A DNA stretch of 64,000 nt from Chitinophaga pinensis. GTDB taxonomy: Bacteria; Bacteroidota; Bacteroidia; NS11-12g; UBA9320. The position numbers and the translations under genes are program-made. This document shows positions 9,338 to 20,678 of this stretch, piece after piece (position 1 is the first letter of the stretch; every line of letters starts with the position of its first letter). The DNA lies in the NCBI GenBank assembly GCA_945907065.1, contig CAMDSC010000012.1, forward strand, positions 577-64,576. The letters run 5' to 3'. The notes under the pieces are model-generated. The model did no database searches. It saw only the letters and a list, made by a program, of their open reading frames with translations, and had not been told where the DNA came from.

Positions 9338-9889
9338 TTGGACGAAAAAAACCTCATAAAAGCATGTGCAAAAGGTGACTCAACAGCTCACCGAATGGTA
9401 TATGATAAATATGGACCTCAACTTATGGGCCTGTGCATGAGGTATGCCGGAAACAGAGAGGATGCCGAAGAGATTTTTCACGATAGTTTGATAAAGGTTT
9501 TCAATAATATTAAAACCTTTAAATATGAAAGTAGTTTAAAAACATGGATTTGTAGAATAGGAATTAATACAGCACTAGATTTTTTAAGAAAAAGAAAAAA
9601 GACATTATTTCTTAGCCATATTTCAGATTATGACCATGAAATAGTTGACAGCGATATTCCTTCAGAAGTTAGCCTTGAAGCCGAAACCGCTATGAAATTG
9701 TTAAAAACTATGCCTGTAAATCAGCAGGTTATTATCAATTTATTTATAATAGAAGAAATGAGCCATAGGGAAATAGCAGCCCAATTAGGAATAAGTGAAG
9801 AGGCCAGCAGAGTGCAATTGAGCCGAGCAAAACGAGTATTATCAAATATAATAAATACAAATATTACAAGAAATGAACACCAAAAATAA
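9338..9889 (+). CDS. ECF RNA polymerase sigma-70 factor
   Basis: DAEEIFHD, LKTWICRIGINTALD region 2; MSHREIAAQLGISEEASRVQLSRAK region 4. Confidence 0.93.
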   Translation: MDEKNLIKACAKGDSTAHRMVYDKYGPQLMGLCMRYAGNREDAEEIFHDSLIKVFNNIKTFKYESSLKTWICRIGINTALDFLRKRKKTLFLSHISDYDHEIVDSDIPSEVSLEAETAMKLLKTMPVNQQVIINLFIIEEMSHREIAAQLGISEEASRVQLSRAKRVLSNIINTNITRNEHQK

Positions 9890-11219
9890 TCTTCATACTG
9901 CCTTGAATAAGGCATTTGAAAACCATGAAGAACCTCTTAATGAAGCTCAATGGACGAGGCTTGAGGGGGCTATTGTTACCAGAAAGAAAAAAAGGTGGTT
10001 GCCTTTCTTTTTAATCTTTATGATTATGTGCATTACATCTGGTACAACTTACCTACTTACCCTTAATTATGGTTTAAATACTCATCGCATTTCGTCCAAT
10101 GTGTTGACACAAAAAACCCGTTTTAATAAAAAATCAATTGCATCAAATAATACAAAAGTTGATTTGCCATTAGCAGCCAGTTCTTATAATATTAATAATT
10201 TAAGTTTGAATGCAACGATTGCTAGCCGAAAACACTCTACTTACAAAACCAATGATTATGTTACTGATATAATTATTGCTAATAACGAAGCTATAACTCC
10301 TTCAAATAATGAATTAATAATAGAAACGCTCAGTAATATGCCAGTTGAAGAAAGTATTATTGATCTGCCCTTGATAGAAGATAAAACACTGGAAACTATA
10401 GCTTTAGAAAAAGAGACTAAAATGGATATTGCCCTTAAAAATAATGATACTAACTATTCTTCCAAGGCAGCTAAAGAGGAAATTGAGGACACTAAACAAC
10501 GTCCATCTAAAATTGCTTTTTCAATAACCAGTGGATATTCAAAAATGAATGTAAAAGTTTCTTCTCTCGAAAATGCCGAGAAGTTACATAAAGACACAAA
10601 GAAAATTTTTGAAGAAAGCAATAAAAATTTAAAAACCGAATATATTAACCTTGGGGTTGATTACACTATTTTAGCACGATTTAGGATTGGCATAAACACT
10701 GGGTTGCAATACCTTAGAATTGCTTCACCCATTAATATAAATTATAAACTTACTGAAGTTCCATTTTGGGATCACAGACATACTCAAATTGAAGGTTATT
10801 TAACAAAAGATACTTCTTCTGCCATTCAATTTAATTCAAATACTACAAATTACACAACCTATATTAATCTTCCTATCCGAGGTAATTATTCCATTCCATT
10901 AAACGCCAAAAATGAAATATTAATTACTGCCGGAGGCAGTTTTAGTATTCTTGCTTCAGCCAAAGGGCAAAATATTAATATTAATAAAGAACTAAATATT
11001 GAGCCAGGCACCAGAACTTTGAATAGGGACATGTATAGAAAAATTAATGCAGGATTGGCTGGTGGAATACAATATAATACAAAACTTAAAGATGCATGCT
11101 GGATAGGGATTGAAAACTTATGGCAAACCAATCCTATGAAGTATAAAACAGGATATGGAAGTGTTAAAAATAAATTACAGGGCTATAGTGTTAATTTTAT
11201 TATTAAATACAAAATCTAA
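9873..11219 (+). CDS. Probable dual-membrane-spanning anti-sigma factor (N-terminal anti-sigma domain, TM helix, linker, C-terminal OM beta-barrel)
   Basis: Overlaps the sigma gene; AFENHEEP..WTRLE N-domain, KKKR plus hydrophobic TM, low-complexity linker, alternating beta-strand C-terminal half. Confidence 0.65.
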   Translation: MNTKNNLHTALNKAFENHEEPLNEAQWTRLEGAIVTRKKKRWLPFFLIFMIMCITSGTTYLLTLNYGLNTHRISSNVLTQKTRFNKKSIASNNTKVDLPLAASSYNINNLSLNATIASRKHSTYKTNDYVTDIIIANNEAITPSNNELIIETLSNMPVEESIIDLPLIEDKTLETIALEKETKMDIALKNNDTNYSSKAAKEEIEDTKQRPSKIAFSITSGYSKMNVKVSSLENAEKLHKDTKKIFEESNKNLKTEYINLGVDYTILARFRIGINTGLQYLRIASPININYKLTEVPFWDHRHTQIEGYLTKDTSSAIQFNSNTTNYTTYINLPIRGNYSIPLNAKNEILITAGGSFSILASAKGQNININKELNIEPGTRTLNRDMYRKINAGLAGGIQYNTKLKDACWIGIENLWQTNPMKYKTGYGSVKNKLQGYSVNFIIKYKI

Positions 11220-13666
11220 TGCTTATGAAAAAAACTACTATAGCCTTATATCTTATTTTGTTACCATTTATAAGCTTTTCTCAAATTCCCTTTATCAAAA
11301 ATCTTGATAAAGGAATAAATCAAAAAATAGAATGTTCTTGCATTGATAAAGATGAAAACCTCACCGTTGCTTATTATGAATCACCACTGAAGGAAACTTT
11401 AATTTTTGATAAATGGGATATATCACTTAACAAATGGATAAGAAAAATTAATACCATTTCTAGTGTAAGAATGGAATACCGCAATTTCAATAAATGTATA
11501 TATAAAGGAGATTCTTTACTATTAATAACTGCCTACCGAGATGGAAGCATAAACCGAACAGGCCTTTTTTATATACCTAATAATATCAATTTTAAACCTC
11601 AAAAAATGAGTGATTTTAGATCCTTGAAAGGTGGTGAAGTTTTTATTTCTGATGCTAAAATTATTCACAGAAAACTAATTTTGTTAGGAAGATTTGATAC
11701 CATCATTAATACCCAATCCAAAATAAGATACGCTTATTCTAATGCTGTAATATTTGAATATGAAGATATTACTGACAACTGGGGCTTTAAGGCTTCAGGG
11801 CAAATAAAAAACTTTACAATTGCTAATTTATCTGCCGCAATTAATGACAATAGCGATACAGCAATTATTATAGCCAGCGACAACTCACCAATTATACTTA
11901 GATATATTTTTCCTGATAAATTAGAACCAATTCTAAAATCTAATTCTAATTTACCTTACTCAAGTGTGGCTTTTATTGATAAAAAATGGTTAATAACTCT
12001 TGTAAATTCTGATTCGGTAATATATTCTTCAAATACAAAAGATTTTTTTGGAAAAAAACTTGATAAGAAATTGGGCTATTATGTTAGTATAATTAACACA
12101 CCCAAAGGCATTTTAATATCTGAAGACAATGCCCAAATAAGCATAATATATAAGTTGGATTTAAGTTTAAATAAGTTGGCTAATATTTACCAATCTCCGC
12201 CTTCTTTTGGCAGTTTACCATTAAGCGGATTGATAAATTCTAAAGCATCGTTGTTTTATTATACTAATATTCCAATTTTATTTAGAAACAAAATATTCGG
12301 AAATATTGTAGAATTGAATTTGGATTTTGATAGGACTATTAAATTTATTCCTGTTACAGCATATATTTTTTATGATAAAAATAACAACTTTAAAAAAGAT
12401 ATTGATGAAGACTTGGTATCAGGTAAAATATTAAACCGTACTTATAATTATTTTTTAACTAGCACCACCGGAAAATTTGAAGATAATGTGCCATATTATA
12501 ATGATGTAGAATATGAACTGGTTAGTAATAATTATGGTCAATGCCTAAAACTTCCTTTTTCAGGCGCTTTAAAAAGCAATACGCTTCTCGGCACAAACTC
12601 TGATTTATATTTTCCGCTACAAAGTGCATTATTCCCCAAAAATATTAATGTAAAAAGTTGGGGAACAGCTACTGCTCGATTAATGGATACAATTCCACTT
12701 GCAATTACTATATCAAATCACGACTGCAATATAAACCCATCTAATGCTAGTGTTATTTTGGTACTTGATTCCAACACAACCTTAATTAATTCAAGTCCTG
12801 CTTATAATTTTAAAAACGGGAATACTATTTATTATAATTTAACCAATATTAAAGCCAACCGAGATAGTATTATAAAACTAAATATTTTATATCCCTATTC
12901 TAAGTTTAAAATCGGTGAGTATGTAAAACATTATGTAAATATGTTTACTGCTTATAAAGATGATACCCTTGATAACAATGACAGTATTGTTCAAAAAATG
13001 GTATATAGTTATGATCCAAATGCAAAATATAGCATTCCACAAGGTACCATTACCTCTGACCTTAAAAATATTCGATACTATATCGAATTTCAAAACGAAG
13101 GAAATGATGTAGCCAGAAGAGTTGTGATAATGGATACTTTAGATACTAAGATTCCTGTTTATGAATTTCAGATGGTAGCAAGTAGCCATGCTTATAAAGT
13201 TTCTTTGCAAAATAATGTGGTAACATGGGAATTTGATAATATTAATTTACCTCCAAAATCACTTGACCTGAAAGGCAGTCAGGGCTATGTTATTTTTGAT
13301 GCTCATATTATTAGTAATGTTGGTGTTGGTGATAGCATTAGAAATAAGGCTTTTATTTATTTTGACTTTAATGAACCAATTGTTACCAATTTAGCAATTA
13401 TCAAACGTATTGAAGATCTTCCTTTCGTTGATGAAAATGAAAATACTTTCAGAGTATTTCCTAATCCGGCCATGGAAATAGTAACTATTGAAAACAAAAT
13501 AAATATTAATCAAAATATTAAAATATATAATATGCTAGGCCAGGAAATAATGGATGTTAAATTAGACCCTATTGGTAAAACCATGCAGTCTATTTCATCA
13601 TGGCCAAGAGGAATGTATTTTATAAAGTCGAGTAAAGGAGGCTTTCAGAAGTTTTTGGTTCACTAA
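11219..13666 (+). CDS. T9SS type A sorting-domain protein with SYDPN-type Ig domain
   Basis: SYDPNAK..YYIEFQNEG..IRNKAFIYFDFNEPIVTN; C-terminal VFPNPA..IYNMLGQEI..GMYFIK..KFLV. Confidence 0.82.
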   Translation: MLMKKTTIALYLILLPFISFSQIPFIKNLDKGINQKIECSCIDKDENLTVAYYESPLKETLIFDKWDISLNKWIRKINTISSVRMEYRNFNKCIYKGDSLLLITAYRDGSINRTGLFYIPNNINFKPQKMSDFRSLKGGEVFISDAKIIHRKLILLGRFDTIINTQSKIRYAYSNAVIFEYEDITDNWGFKASGQIKNFTIANLSAAINDNSDTAIIIASDNSPIILRYIFPDKLEPILKSNSNLPYSSVAFIDKKWLITLVNSDSVIYSSNTKDFFGKKLDKKLGYYVSIINTPKGILISEDNAQISIIYKLDLSLNKLANIYQSPPSFGSLPLSGLINSKASLFYYTNIPILFRNKIFGNIVELNLDFDRTIKFIPVTAYIFYDKNNNFKKDIDEDLVSGKILNRTYNYFLTSTTGKFEDNVPYYNDVEYELVSNNYGQCLKLPFSGALKSNTLLGTNSDLYFPLQSALFPKNINVKSWGTATARLMDTIPLAITISNHDCNINPSNASVILVLDSNTTLINSSPAYNFKNGNTIYYNLTNIKANRDSIIKLNILYPYSKFKIGEYVKHYVNMFTAYKDDTLDNNDSIVQKMVYSYDPNAKYSIPQGTITSDLKNIRYYIEFQNEGNDVARRVVIMDTLDTKIPVYEFQMVASSHAYKVSLQNNVVTWEFDNINLPPKSLDLKGSQGYVIFDAHIISNVGVGDSIRNKAFIYFDFNEPIVTNLAIIKRIEDLPFVDENENTFRVFPNPAMEIVTIENKININQNIKIYNMLGQEIMDVKLDPIGKTMQSISSWPRGMYFIKSSKGGFQKFLVH

Positions 13667-14526
13667 ATATTTACTTCCATATCAAACGATTTTTCAATTC
13701 GTTCATTTGCTGGCAGCATTAGAATTCCTTCTTTTTGCGAAACATCACCTTCAAAATCTACTAAATCGGCTATGCCTTGCCAAGGCTCAATACATATAAA
13801 ATTGGCTCCGTGTTTAGCCCATATTCCCAAATAAGGCCAACCTTCAAAATTTACTTTTATACTTCTTCCAGTAGACTTGAATTGAAGTTTAACCCAATCG
13901 GATTTTAAATATTTAAATATTAAAGCATCTTTAGAAAATGTATCCTCATTCACTAAAATATGACTGTTTCCATCGGTTACTTGTTTTTTTCTATTCGAAA
14001 TAAAATTTTCATCCAACATCCATGATAAAGGATTTCTATCCTTTTCAAAAACTATTATGGTATCGTTCGGCTCCGAAATATTAAATGCAGGATGACCACC
14101 AAATGAAACAGGCATAGGAGTTAACCCTAAATTAATGACATCAAAACTCATGGTTAGTTTATTGCCAACTAAGGTATATTTAACCTTAAAACTGAATCGA
14201 AAAGGATAACGTTGCCAAGTATGATTATTATCTTTCAATTCCAGAATTGCACAATTTTCAGTTTGTTCAATTACCTCAAACATCAAGTCACGAGCGAAAC
14301 CATGCTGTTCTATAGTATGTAAATTTCCGTCATAGCTATATTCAAAATTTTTAAGCCTACCTACAAATGGAAACAATACAGGAGCATGCCTTGGCCAAAC
14401 TGATTTATCAGCTTGCCAAATGAATTCTGTATCTGTAGGTAAATGTTTAAAGCTGCACAACTCTGCCCCAAAAGGAAGAATAGAAGCGGTATATTCGCCA
14501 GACTTTAAATCAACAGGATTATCCAA
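13663..14526 (-). CDS. Aldose 1-epimerase (LacX-like) family protein
   Basis: GAELCS, WQAD..W..HAPVLFPFVGRL, HGFARD, GGHPAF, FICIEPW. Confidence 0.9.
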   Translation of the reverse strand: MDNPVDLKSGEYTASILPFGAELCSFKHLPTDTEFIWQADKSVWPRHAPVLFPFVGRLKNFEYSYDGNLHTIEQHGFARDLMFEVIEQTENCAILELKDNNHTWQRYPFRFSFKVKYTLVGNKLTMSFDVINLGLTPMPVSFGGHPAFNISEPNDTIIVFEKDRNPLSWMLDENFISNRKKQVTDGNSHILVNEDTFSKDALIFKYLKSDWVKLQFKSTGRSIKVNFEGWPYLGIWAKHGANFICIEPWQGIADLVDFEGDVSQKEGILMLPANERIEKSFDMEVNI

Positions 14527-14530
14527 AACT

Positions 14531-15655
14531 TTATAGATTTCCGCGTTTGGCTTGTTCCAATTCTATGGATTCAAACAAAGCTTTAAAATTCCCTTTACCA
14601 AATGATTTGGCACCTTTGCGTTGTATTATTTCAAAAAACAAAGTAGGTCTGTCTTCCACTGGTTTTGTAAATATTTGCAATAAATAGCCTTCATCATCTC
14701 TATCTACTAATATTCCTAATTTTCTTAGTGGCTCAATATCCTCATCTATTTCACCTACTCTATCTATTAACTCATCGTAATAGGATGATGGTATAGTTAA
14801 AAATTCTATTCCACGACTTTTAAGTTTGGTAACGGTGTCAACAATATCTAAAGTGGCCACTGCAATGTGCTGCACACCTTCACCTTCATAAAAATCTAAA
14901 TATTCTTCTACTTGTGATTTCTTTTTTCCTTCGGCTGGTTCGTTTATCGGAAACTTTACATACCCGTTTCCATTACTCATTACCTTACTCATAAGGGCTG
15001 AGTATTCAGTTGAAATATCTTTATCATCAAAACTTAAGATATTTTTAAATCCCATCACATCCTCATAAAATTTAACCCAAGGATTCATCTGGTTCCAATC
15101 AACATTACCAACGCAATGATCCACATATAAGAGGCCTACCTCTGTTGGATTATAGGTTGATTCCCATTTAACAAAACCCGGCATGAACGGCCCATTGTAA
15201 TTTTTGCGTTCCACAAATAAATGAACGGTATCCCCATAAGTATGAATACCAGACATTTTAACTTCTCCGTTTTCGTCATTTAGTGTTTGAGGTTCCATAT
15301 AGACTTTGGCACCACGCTTTACGGTTTGTTCAAAAGCATCATAAGCATCATCAACCCATAGTGCTAAGGAATGGACACCATCGCCATGTTTTTGAATGTG
15401 TTGGTTTATGGGGTCACCGGACTTAAGCGGAGTTGTAAGCATTATCCTCATTTTGCCTTGTATCAAAACATAGGAAGACCTGTCTCTTACTCCGGTTTCA
15501 GGACCTGCATAGGCCAAACTTTGAAAACCGAAAGCAGTTTTATAAAAGTGGGCAGCCTGTTTGGCATTGCCTACGTAAAACTCAATAAAATCGGTTCCTT
15601 TAAGAGGAAGAAAATCGGTAACGGTTTCCGGTTGAAGTTGACTAGTGGTTTGCAT
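14531..15655 (-). CDS. hppD: 4-hydroxyphenylpyruvate dioxygenase
   Basis: HGDGV, DHCVGNV, PINEPA, GVQHIA, LLQIFTKP, FFEIIQRKGAKSFGKGNFKALF. Confidence 0.97.
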   Translation of the reverse strand: MQTTSQLQPETVTDFLPLKGTDFIEFYVGNAKQAAHFYKTAFGFQSLAYAGPETGVRDRSSYVLIQGKMRIMLTTPLKSGDPINQHIQKHGDGVHSLALWVDDAYDAFEQTVKRGAKVYMEPQTLNDENGEVKMSGIHTYGDTVHLFVERKNYNGPFMPGFVKWESTYNPTEVGLLYVDHCVGNVDWNQMNPWVKFYEDVMGFKNILSFDDKDISTEYSALMSKVMSNGNGYVKFPINEPAEGKKKSQVEEYLDFYEGEGVQHIAVATLDIVDTVTKLKSRGIEFLTIPSSYYDELIDRVGEIDEDIEPLRKLGILVDRDDEGYLLQIFTKPVEDRPTLFFEIIQRKGAKSFGKGNFKALFESIELEQAKRGNL

Positions 15656-15768
15656 AGTTGGTTTGCAAAATTAAAGTTTATGAACGGATTAATGCAAATG
15701 AAAAGTGTTTATCTTCATTTCCTGTTTCAATAGGTGTTTTCGAACTTTTAGTATTGTATTAAACCCAT

Positions 15769-15793
15769 AAAAAAAGAGGCCTAAGCCTCTTTT
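15769..15793 (-). terminator. Intrinsic terminator at the end of the ribosomal/alpha operon
   Basis: aaaagaggc-ctaa-gcctctttt hairpin followed by a U-tract on the minus strand. Confidence 0.75.
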
Positions 15794-15817
15794 AAATATT
15801 TAATACTTTAATTGTAA

Positions 15818-16441
15818 TTATTCTTCTGTTTTTGGTTTTTCTTCACCTTCTACTTCAGCAGTTGGTTCAGCTTCCATTTCGGCAGTTGGTTCTACTACTT
15901 CTGTCTCTACTACAACCTCTGTTTCCTGTATCTCTTCTGTAAATTCCATAACAATTGGTGCAGCTTTAGGTGCTTTAGCAGCAGGAGTTTCAGTGATAGC
16001 TGTTGTTTCTTTTTTCGAACCTCTTCGGGTACGTTTAGCAGTTGCAGCTTCTTTAGCCACCAATTTACCTCCACCTAGTGTTTCGTTAAAATCAACAAAC
16101 TCCATCATACACATTTCGGCATTATCTCCCAATCGGTTACCAGTTTTTAATATTCGGGTGTATCCTCCCGGTCTGTCAGCTACTTTTGTTGCTACGTTTC
16201 CAAATAGTTCTTTAACTCCATCCTTATTTTGTAAATAACTAAATACAATCCTCCGTGAATGGGTGCTATCGTCTTTAGCTTTAGTTACCAAGGGTTCAAT
16301 ATACTTACGCAATTCTTTAGCTTTGGCAAGAGTTGTAATAATGCGTTTACTAATAATTAGCGAGGTAGCCATATTTGAAAGCATGGCATGACGATGACTG
16401 GTAGTTCTGCCTAAATGATTTATTTTATTTCCGTGTCTCAT
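15818..16441 (-). CDS. rplQ: 50S ribosomal protein L17 with long Ala/Glu-rich C-terminal extension
   Basis: [23 protein letters not shown]. Confidence 0.97.
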   Translation of the reverse strand: MRHGNKINHLGRTTSHRHAMLSNMATSLIISKRIITTLAKAKELRKYIEPLVTKAKDDSTHSRRIVFSYLQNKDGVKELFGNVATKVADRPGGYTRILKTGNRLGDNAEMCMMEFVDFNETLGGGKLVAKEAATAKRTRRGSKKETTAITETPAAKAPKAAPIVMEFTEEIQETEVVVETEVVEPTAEMEAEPTAEVEGEEKPKTEE

Positions 16442-16448
16442 CTCTTAT

Positions 16449-17441
16449 TTAGTCTTCGTTTAGGTTATATTTTGCGACGTCCATTCCAAAGTTTAATCCT
16501 TTTTCACGAACAAATTCTTCCAATTCAGTTAATGATTTTTTACCAAAGTTTCTAAATTTTAATAGATCTTCGATATGGAAACTTACCAATTCACCAAGTG
16601 TTCTGATTTCAGCCGCTTTCAAACAATTATAAGCTCTAACAGAAAGATCAAGATCAGATAGCGGGGTTTTAAGAATCTTACGCATCTGAAGTAAATTTTC
16701 ATCTACTTCCTGAGCTTTAGATTTCACCTGTGTATCCAACAACATATTATCATCCGAGAACAATAAGTAGTGCTGTATTAGTATTTTGGCTGCCTCTTTA
16801 AGTGCATTTTCAGGATTGATAGAACCATCAGTACTAATTTCAATCATCAGTTTCTCATAATCCGTTCTACCTTCAACACGGTAATCTTCAACACTGAACT
16901 TAACATTTTTCACCGGAGTGTAAATTGAATCTACAGGGATTAGTCCAATCACTGCATCATTTGGCAGGTTTTCTTCGGCAGGAACATATCCACGACCTTT
17001 ATCGATAACCATTTCCAATTCTAAATTCACAAATTGCTCCATATTACAAATCACTAAATCAGGATTTAGTATTTCGAACATAGAAGAAAAACGGCTAATA
17101 TCTCCAGCTGTAAATTGATCTTGGCCTTTAATATTTATGTAAACCTTTTCAGAATTTGAACCACCACCAATCTTTTTAAAACGTACTTGTTTTAAGTTAA
17201 GAATAATTTCGGTCACATCTTCCACAACACCTTTCATACTGCTGAACTCATGGTCAACACCAGGCATTTTAATAGAAGTAATTGCATAACCTTCTAGTGA
17301 AGATAACAATATTCGACGAAGTGAATTACCGATGGTAACACCATATCCTTTTTCTAAAGGACGAAATTCGAACAAACCATAAAAGTCTGTTTCTTTATGC
17401 ATTATAACCTTATCCGGTCTTTGAAATGCTAATATTGACAT
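16449..17441 (-). CDS. rpoA: RNA polymerase alpha subunit
   Basis: [39 protein letters not shown]. Confidence 0.98.
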   Translation of the reverse strand: MSILAFQRPDKVIMHKETDFYGLFEFRPLEKGYGVTIGNSLRRILLSSLEGYAITSIKMPGVDHEFSSMKGVVEDVTEIILNLKQVRFKKIGGGSNSEKVYINIKGQDQFTAGDISRFSSMFEILNPDLVICNMEQFVNLELEMVIDKGRGYVPAEENLPNDAVIGLIPVDSIYTPVKNVKFSVEDYRVEGRTDYEKLMIEISTDGSINPENALKEAAKILIQHYLLFSDDNMLLDTQVKSKAQEVDENLLQMRKILKTPLSDLDLSVRAYNCLKAAEIRTLGELVSFHIEDLLKFRNFGKKSLTELEEFVREKGLNFGMDVAKYNLNED

Positions 17442-17466
17442 ATTTATTTTTTAGTTTGTTTAATTA

Positions 17467-18069
17467 TTATTTTGAATAAAGTTCAACAATAAGTTGTTCT
17501 TTTATTTTCTCTGGAATATCCTCACGTTCAGGAAGTGCTAAAAATGTTCCCTGATAGTTAGTTGCGTCCCATTGTAACCAATTGTAGGTTTTTCTTCGGG
17601 CCAAAGCATTATTTATATTCTCTAGTGATTTTGATTGTTCACGAACGGTTATTACATCACCAGGTTTTAATAGGTAAGATGGAATGTTTAATAAACTACC
17701 ATTTACCAAAATATGCTTATGAGAAACCAACTGACGGGCACCATCTCTAGTAGGAGAAAGTCCTAATCTGAAACATGTATTATCTAAGCGAGCCTCCAAA
17801 AACTTAAGAAGGTTTTCACCTGTAATACCGTGTTTACGAGCAGCTTTATCAAACAAGTTAGCAAATTGACGCTCCAATACACCATACGTGTACTTAGCCT
17901 TTTGTTTTTCACCTAGCTGAATTGCATATTCAGACTGCTTGGAACGACGACGGGAATTTCCGTGCATTCCTGGCTTGTAATTTTTTTTGTCCAATGCTTT
18001 ATCAGGGCCGAATATTGGCTCTTTAAAACGTCGGGCGATTTTGGATTTAGGTCCTGTATATCTTGCCAT
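17467..18069 (-). CDS. rpsD: 30S ribosomal protein S4
   Basis: [26 protein letters not shown]. Confidence 0.98.
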   Translation of the reverse strand: MARYTGPKSKIARRFKEPIFGPDKALDKKNYKPGMHGNSRRRSKQSEYAIQLGEKQKAKYTYGVLERQFANLFDKAARKHGITGENLLKFLEARLDNTCFRLGLSPTRDGARQLVSHKHILVNGSLLNIPSYLLKPGDVITVREQSKSLENINNALARRKTYNWLQWDATNYQGTFLALPEREDIPEKIKEQLIVELYSK

Positions 18070-18115
18070 TTCTTATTATTCTTTATTGAAATTTTAAATC
18101 TAAAATCTAAAATTA

Positions 18116-18505
18116 TTAAACTCTTCTTCTTTTTGGAGGACGACAACCGTTATGCGGCATTGGGGTAATATCCTTAATTGACATTACTTCTATTCCTGCT
18201 GCCTGTAAGGTACGAATAGCTGATTCACGACCAGCTCCTGGTCCTTTAACAAACACATCTACTTTTTTCACTCCCAGGTCGGTTGCCACTTTACAGCAAT
18301 CCTGACTTGATACCTGACCTGCATAGGGTGTATTTTTCTTTGAGCCACGAAAGCCCATTTTACCAGCACTAGACCAAGATATAACTTGTCCTTGATTATT
18401 TGTTATTGAAATAATAATATTATTGAAAGAGGCCTTGATGTGAGCTTGACCATAAGCTTCAATAATTACTTTTCTTTTTTTAACAACTTTTTTTCCTGTA
18501 GCCAT
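18116..18505 (-). CDS. rpsK: 30S ribosomal protein S11
   Basis: [28 protein letters not shown]. Confidence 0.98.
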   Translation of the reverse strand: MATGKKVVKKRKVIIEAYGQAHIKASFNNIIISITNNQGQVISWSSAGKMGFRGSKKNTPYAGQVSSQDCCKVATDLGVKKVDVFVKGPGAGRESAIRTLQAAGIEVMSIKDITPMPHNGCRPPKRRRV

Positions 18506-18526
18506 TTAATTTTTTTTTGCTATTTA

Positions 18527-18904
18527 TTACTTAGTTACCTTCTTTTTGTTTGCTACAGTCTTACGTTTTCCTTTACGGGTACGTGCATTGTTTTTTGTAG
18601 ATTGCCCCCTTACAGGTAAACCTTTTCTGTGACGCAAACCTCTATAACAACCGATATCCATAAGTCGTTTAATATTGGTTTGAACCTCCGAACGCAACTC
18701 ACCTTCCACCTTATGACCTTCAGTAATAATTTTACGAATAGCTGTAAGATCTTCATCACCCCATTCGCTAACTTTTTTATTTACGTCCACTCCTGCACTA
18801 TTTAAAATAGTAACAGCATTAAAACGACCAATACCATATATATATGATAATCCAATTGGTCCTACTTTGTTTCTTGGTAAATCAATACCTGCAATCCTGG
18901 CCAT
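18527..18904 (-). CDS. rpsM: 30S ribosomal protein S13
   Basis: [25 protein letters not shown]. Confidence 0.98.
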   Translation of the reverse strand: MARIAGIDLPRNKVGPIGLSYIYGIGRFNAVTILNSAGVDVNKKVSEWGDEDLTAIRKIITEGHKVEGELRSEVQTNIKRLMDIGCYRGLRHRKGLPVRGQSTKNNARTRKGKRKTVANKKKVTK

Positions 18905-18907
18905 TAC

Positions 18908-19024
18908 TTATCCTTGTCTTTGTTTAAATTTAGGGTTCTTTTTATTCACAACGTAAACCACACCTTTGCGTTTTACAATTTTGCAATCAACACTTCTTTT
19001 CTTAACCGATGATGTTACTTTCAT
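18908..19024 (-). CDS. rpmJ: 50S ribosomal protein L36 (38 aa; absent from ORF track)
   Basis: Manual translation [38 protein letters not shown]; lies between infA and rpsM. Confidence 0.95.
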   Translation of the reverse strand: MKVTSSVKKRSVDCKIVKRKGVVYVVNKKNPKFKQRQG

Positions 19025-19028
19025 TTTA

Positions 19029-19247
19029 TTATTTGTATCTAAAGCTGATTCTTCCTCTTGTTAAATCATATGGTGACATTTCAACCTGAACCTTGTCACC
19101 GGGCAGAATTCGAATGTAGTGCATCCTCATTTTACCACTGATTGTTGCTATAATTTTATGTCCGTTCTTCAATTCTACTCTAAACATTGCATTAGACAGG
19201 GCTTCAATAATCATACCATCCTGTTTAATCGAATCTTGTTTAGACAT
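19029..19247 (-). CDS. infA: Translation initiation factor IF-1
   Basis: [37 protein letters not shown]. Confidence 0.98.
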   Translation of the reverse strand: MSKQDSIKQDGMIIEALSNAMFRVELKNGHKIIATISGKMRMHYIRILPGDKVQVEMSPYDLTRGRISFRYK

Positions 19248-19266
19248 GTCTTTTTTTTACGGGCTG

Positions 19267-19300
19267 CAAATATAGTAATTTAAATTTTATTTTAATCAAA
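19267..19300 (-). promoter_or_regulatory. Internal Bacteroidota sigma-A promoter upstream of infA
   Basis: -7 TATATTTG (19274-19267) and a TTTG 22 nt upstream. Confidence 0.6.
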
Positions 19301-19302
19301 TA

Positions 19303-20670
19303 TTATGTCATTGAACCACCTGTTGCAGTTCTCCCTTTTATTCGTCCATACTTCATTAATCCATCATACTTACGCATTGATAAATGAGTATCAATTTGTG
19401 CTAATGTATCCAATACTACACCTACCATAATTAGTAGTGAAGTACCTCCAAAAAACTGTGCAAACTGGTCATTTACTCCAAATATTATAGCTATAGCAGG
19501 CATTATTGCAACAAAACCAATAAAAATAGCACCTGGAAAAGTAATACGCGAAATGATTGTATCTATAAAGTCAGCTGTCTTTTTCCCTGGTTTGATTCCT
19601 GGTATAAAACCACTATTACGTTTTAAATCTTCTGAAATTTGAACTGGATTATAAGTAATAGCTGTATAAAAATAGGTAAAAAGCATTATCAGGGTAAAAA
19701 ATAAAGCGTTATACCCAAACGAGGTAATATCCATAAATTTAGAAAAGAAATTAGACGCTGATGAAGACGTATTAGATAAAAGTCCTGTAAGAGTAGAAGG
19801 AATGAACATTAATGCTTGAGCAAAAATAATTGGCATTACTCCTGCTCCATTTATTTTTAATGGTAAATACTGACGAACTCCTCCATATTGTTTATTACCA
19901 ACTATTCTTTTGGCATACTGGACAGGAACTCGTCGAGTACCTTGAATTAATAATATAACACTTAAAATTACAACTAGCCATATAACTAATTCTACTAAGA
20001 AAATAATTGGCCCACCTGCACCACCTAATCTACTATTCAATTCACCTAATAAAGCAAAAGGTAATCTTGAAATAATACCGACCATGATGATAAGTGATAT
20101 TCCGTTTCCAAGTCCTCTATCAGTAATCCTTTCACCAAGCCACATTGTAAACATTGTACCTGCAATAAGTGTTACTACTGCTATAAAGGTAAATGTTGCT
20201 ATTGAAATTGGGGCACCTTGCTGCAAGGCATAAATGGCATCTGTTTTTGATGACTTTAATTGAACTATATAAGCAATCGCCTGAACTCCAGATACAGCTA
20301 TTGTTAAATAGCGGGTAATCTGATTGATTTTACGACGACCATCTTCACCTTCCTTAGACATTCGTTGAAACGAAGGCAATGCGAAAGTCAATAACTGCAC
20401 AATAATAGAAGCCGAAATATAAGGCATTATACCTAATGCGAAGATGGAAGCTCTGTTAAATGCTCCACCCGAAAAAGTATTAATAAGACCTAGAAGGCCA
20501 TCCTGAGTAGAATTGCCATATTTAGCATCCATTACTACCGGATCAATACCAGGCAAGTAAATAAATGTTCCAATGCGATAAACTGCAAGTAGTAAAAGAG
20601 TCTGAAGAATCCTTGAACGCAATTCTTCAATACTCCAAATATTTTTAAAGGTAGATATTAGCTTTTTCAT
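19303..20670 (-). CDS. secY: Preprotein translocase SecY
   Basis: SIFALGIMPYISASII, WLGERIT..GLGNGISL, GVMPIIFA, FIPGIKPG, GGTSLLI. Confidence 0.98.
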   Translation of the reverse strand: MKKLISTFKNIWSIEELRSRILQTLLLLAVYRIGTFIYLPGIDPVVMDAKYGNSTQDGLLGLINTFSGGAFNRASIFALGIMPYISASIIVQLLTFALPSFQRMSKEGEDGRRKINQITRYLTIAVSGVQAIAYIVQLKSSKTDAIYALQQGAPISIATFTFIAVVTLIAGTMFTMWLGERITDRGLGNGISLIIMVGIISRLPFALLGELNSRLGGAGGPIIFLVELVIWLVVILSVILLIQGTRRVPVQYAKRIVGNKQYGGVRQYLPLKINGAGVMPIIFAQALMFIPSTLTGLLSNTSSSASNFFSKFMDITSFGYNALFFTLIMLFTYFYTAITYNPVQISEDLKRNSGFIPGIKPGKKTADFIDTIISRITFPGAIFIGFVAIMPAIAIIFGVNDQFAQFFGGTSLLIMVGVVLDTLAQIDTHLSMRKYDGLMKYGRIKGRTATGGSMT

Positions 20671-20678
20671 CAGGCGGA

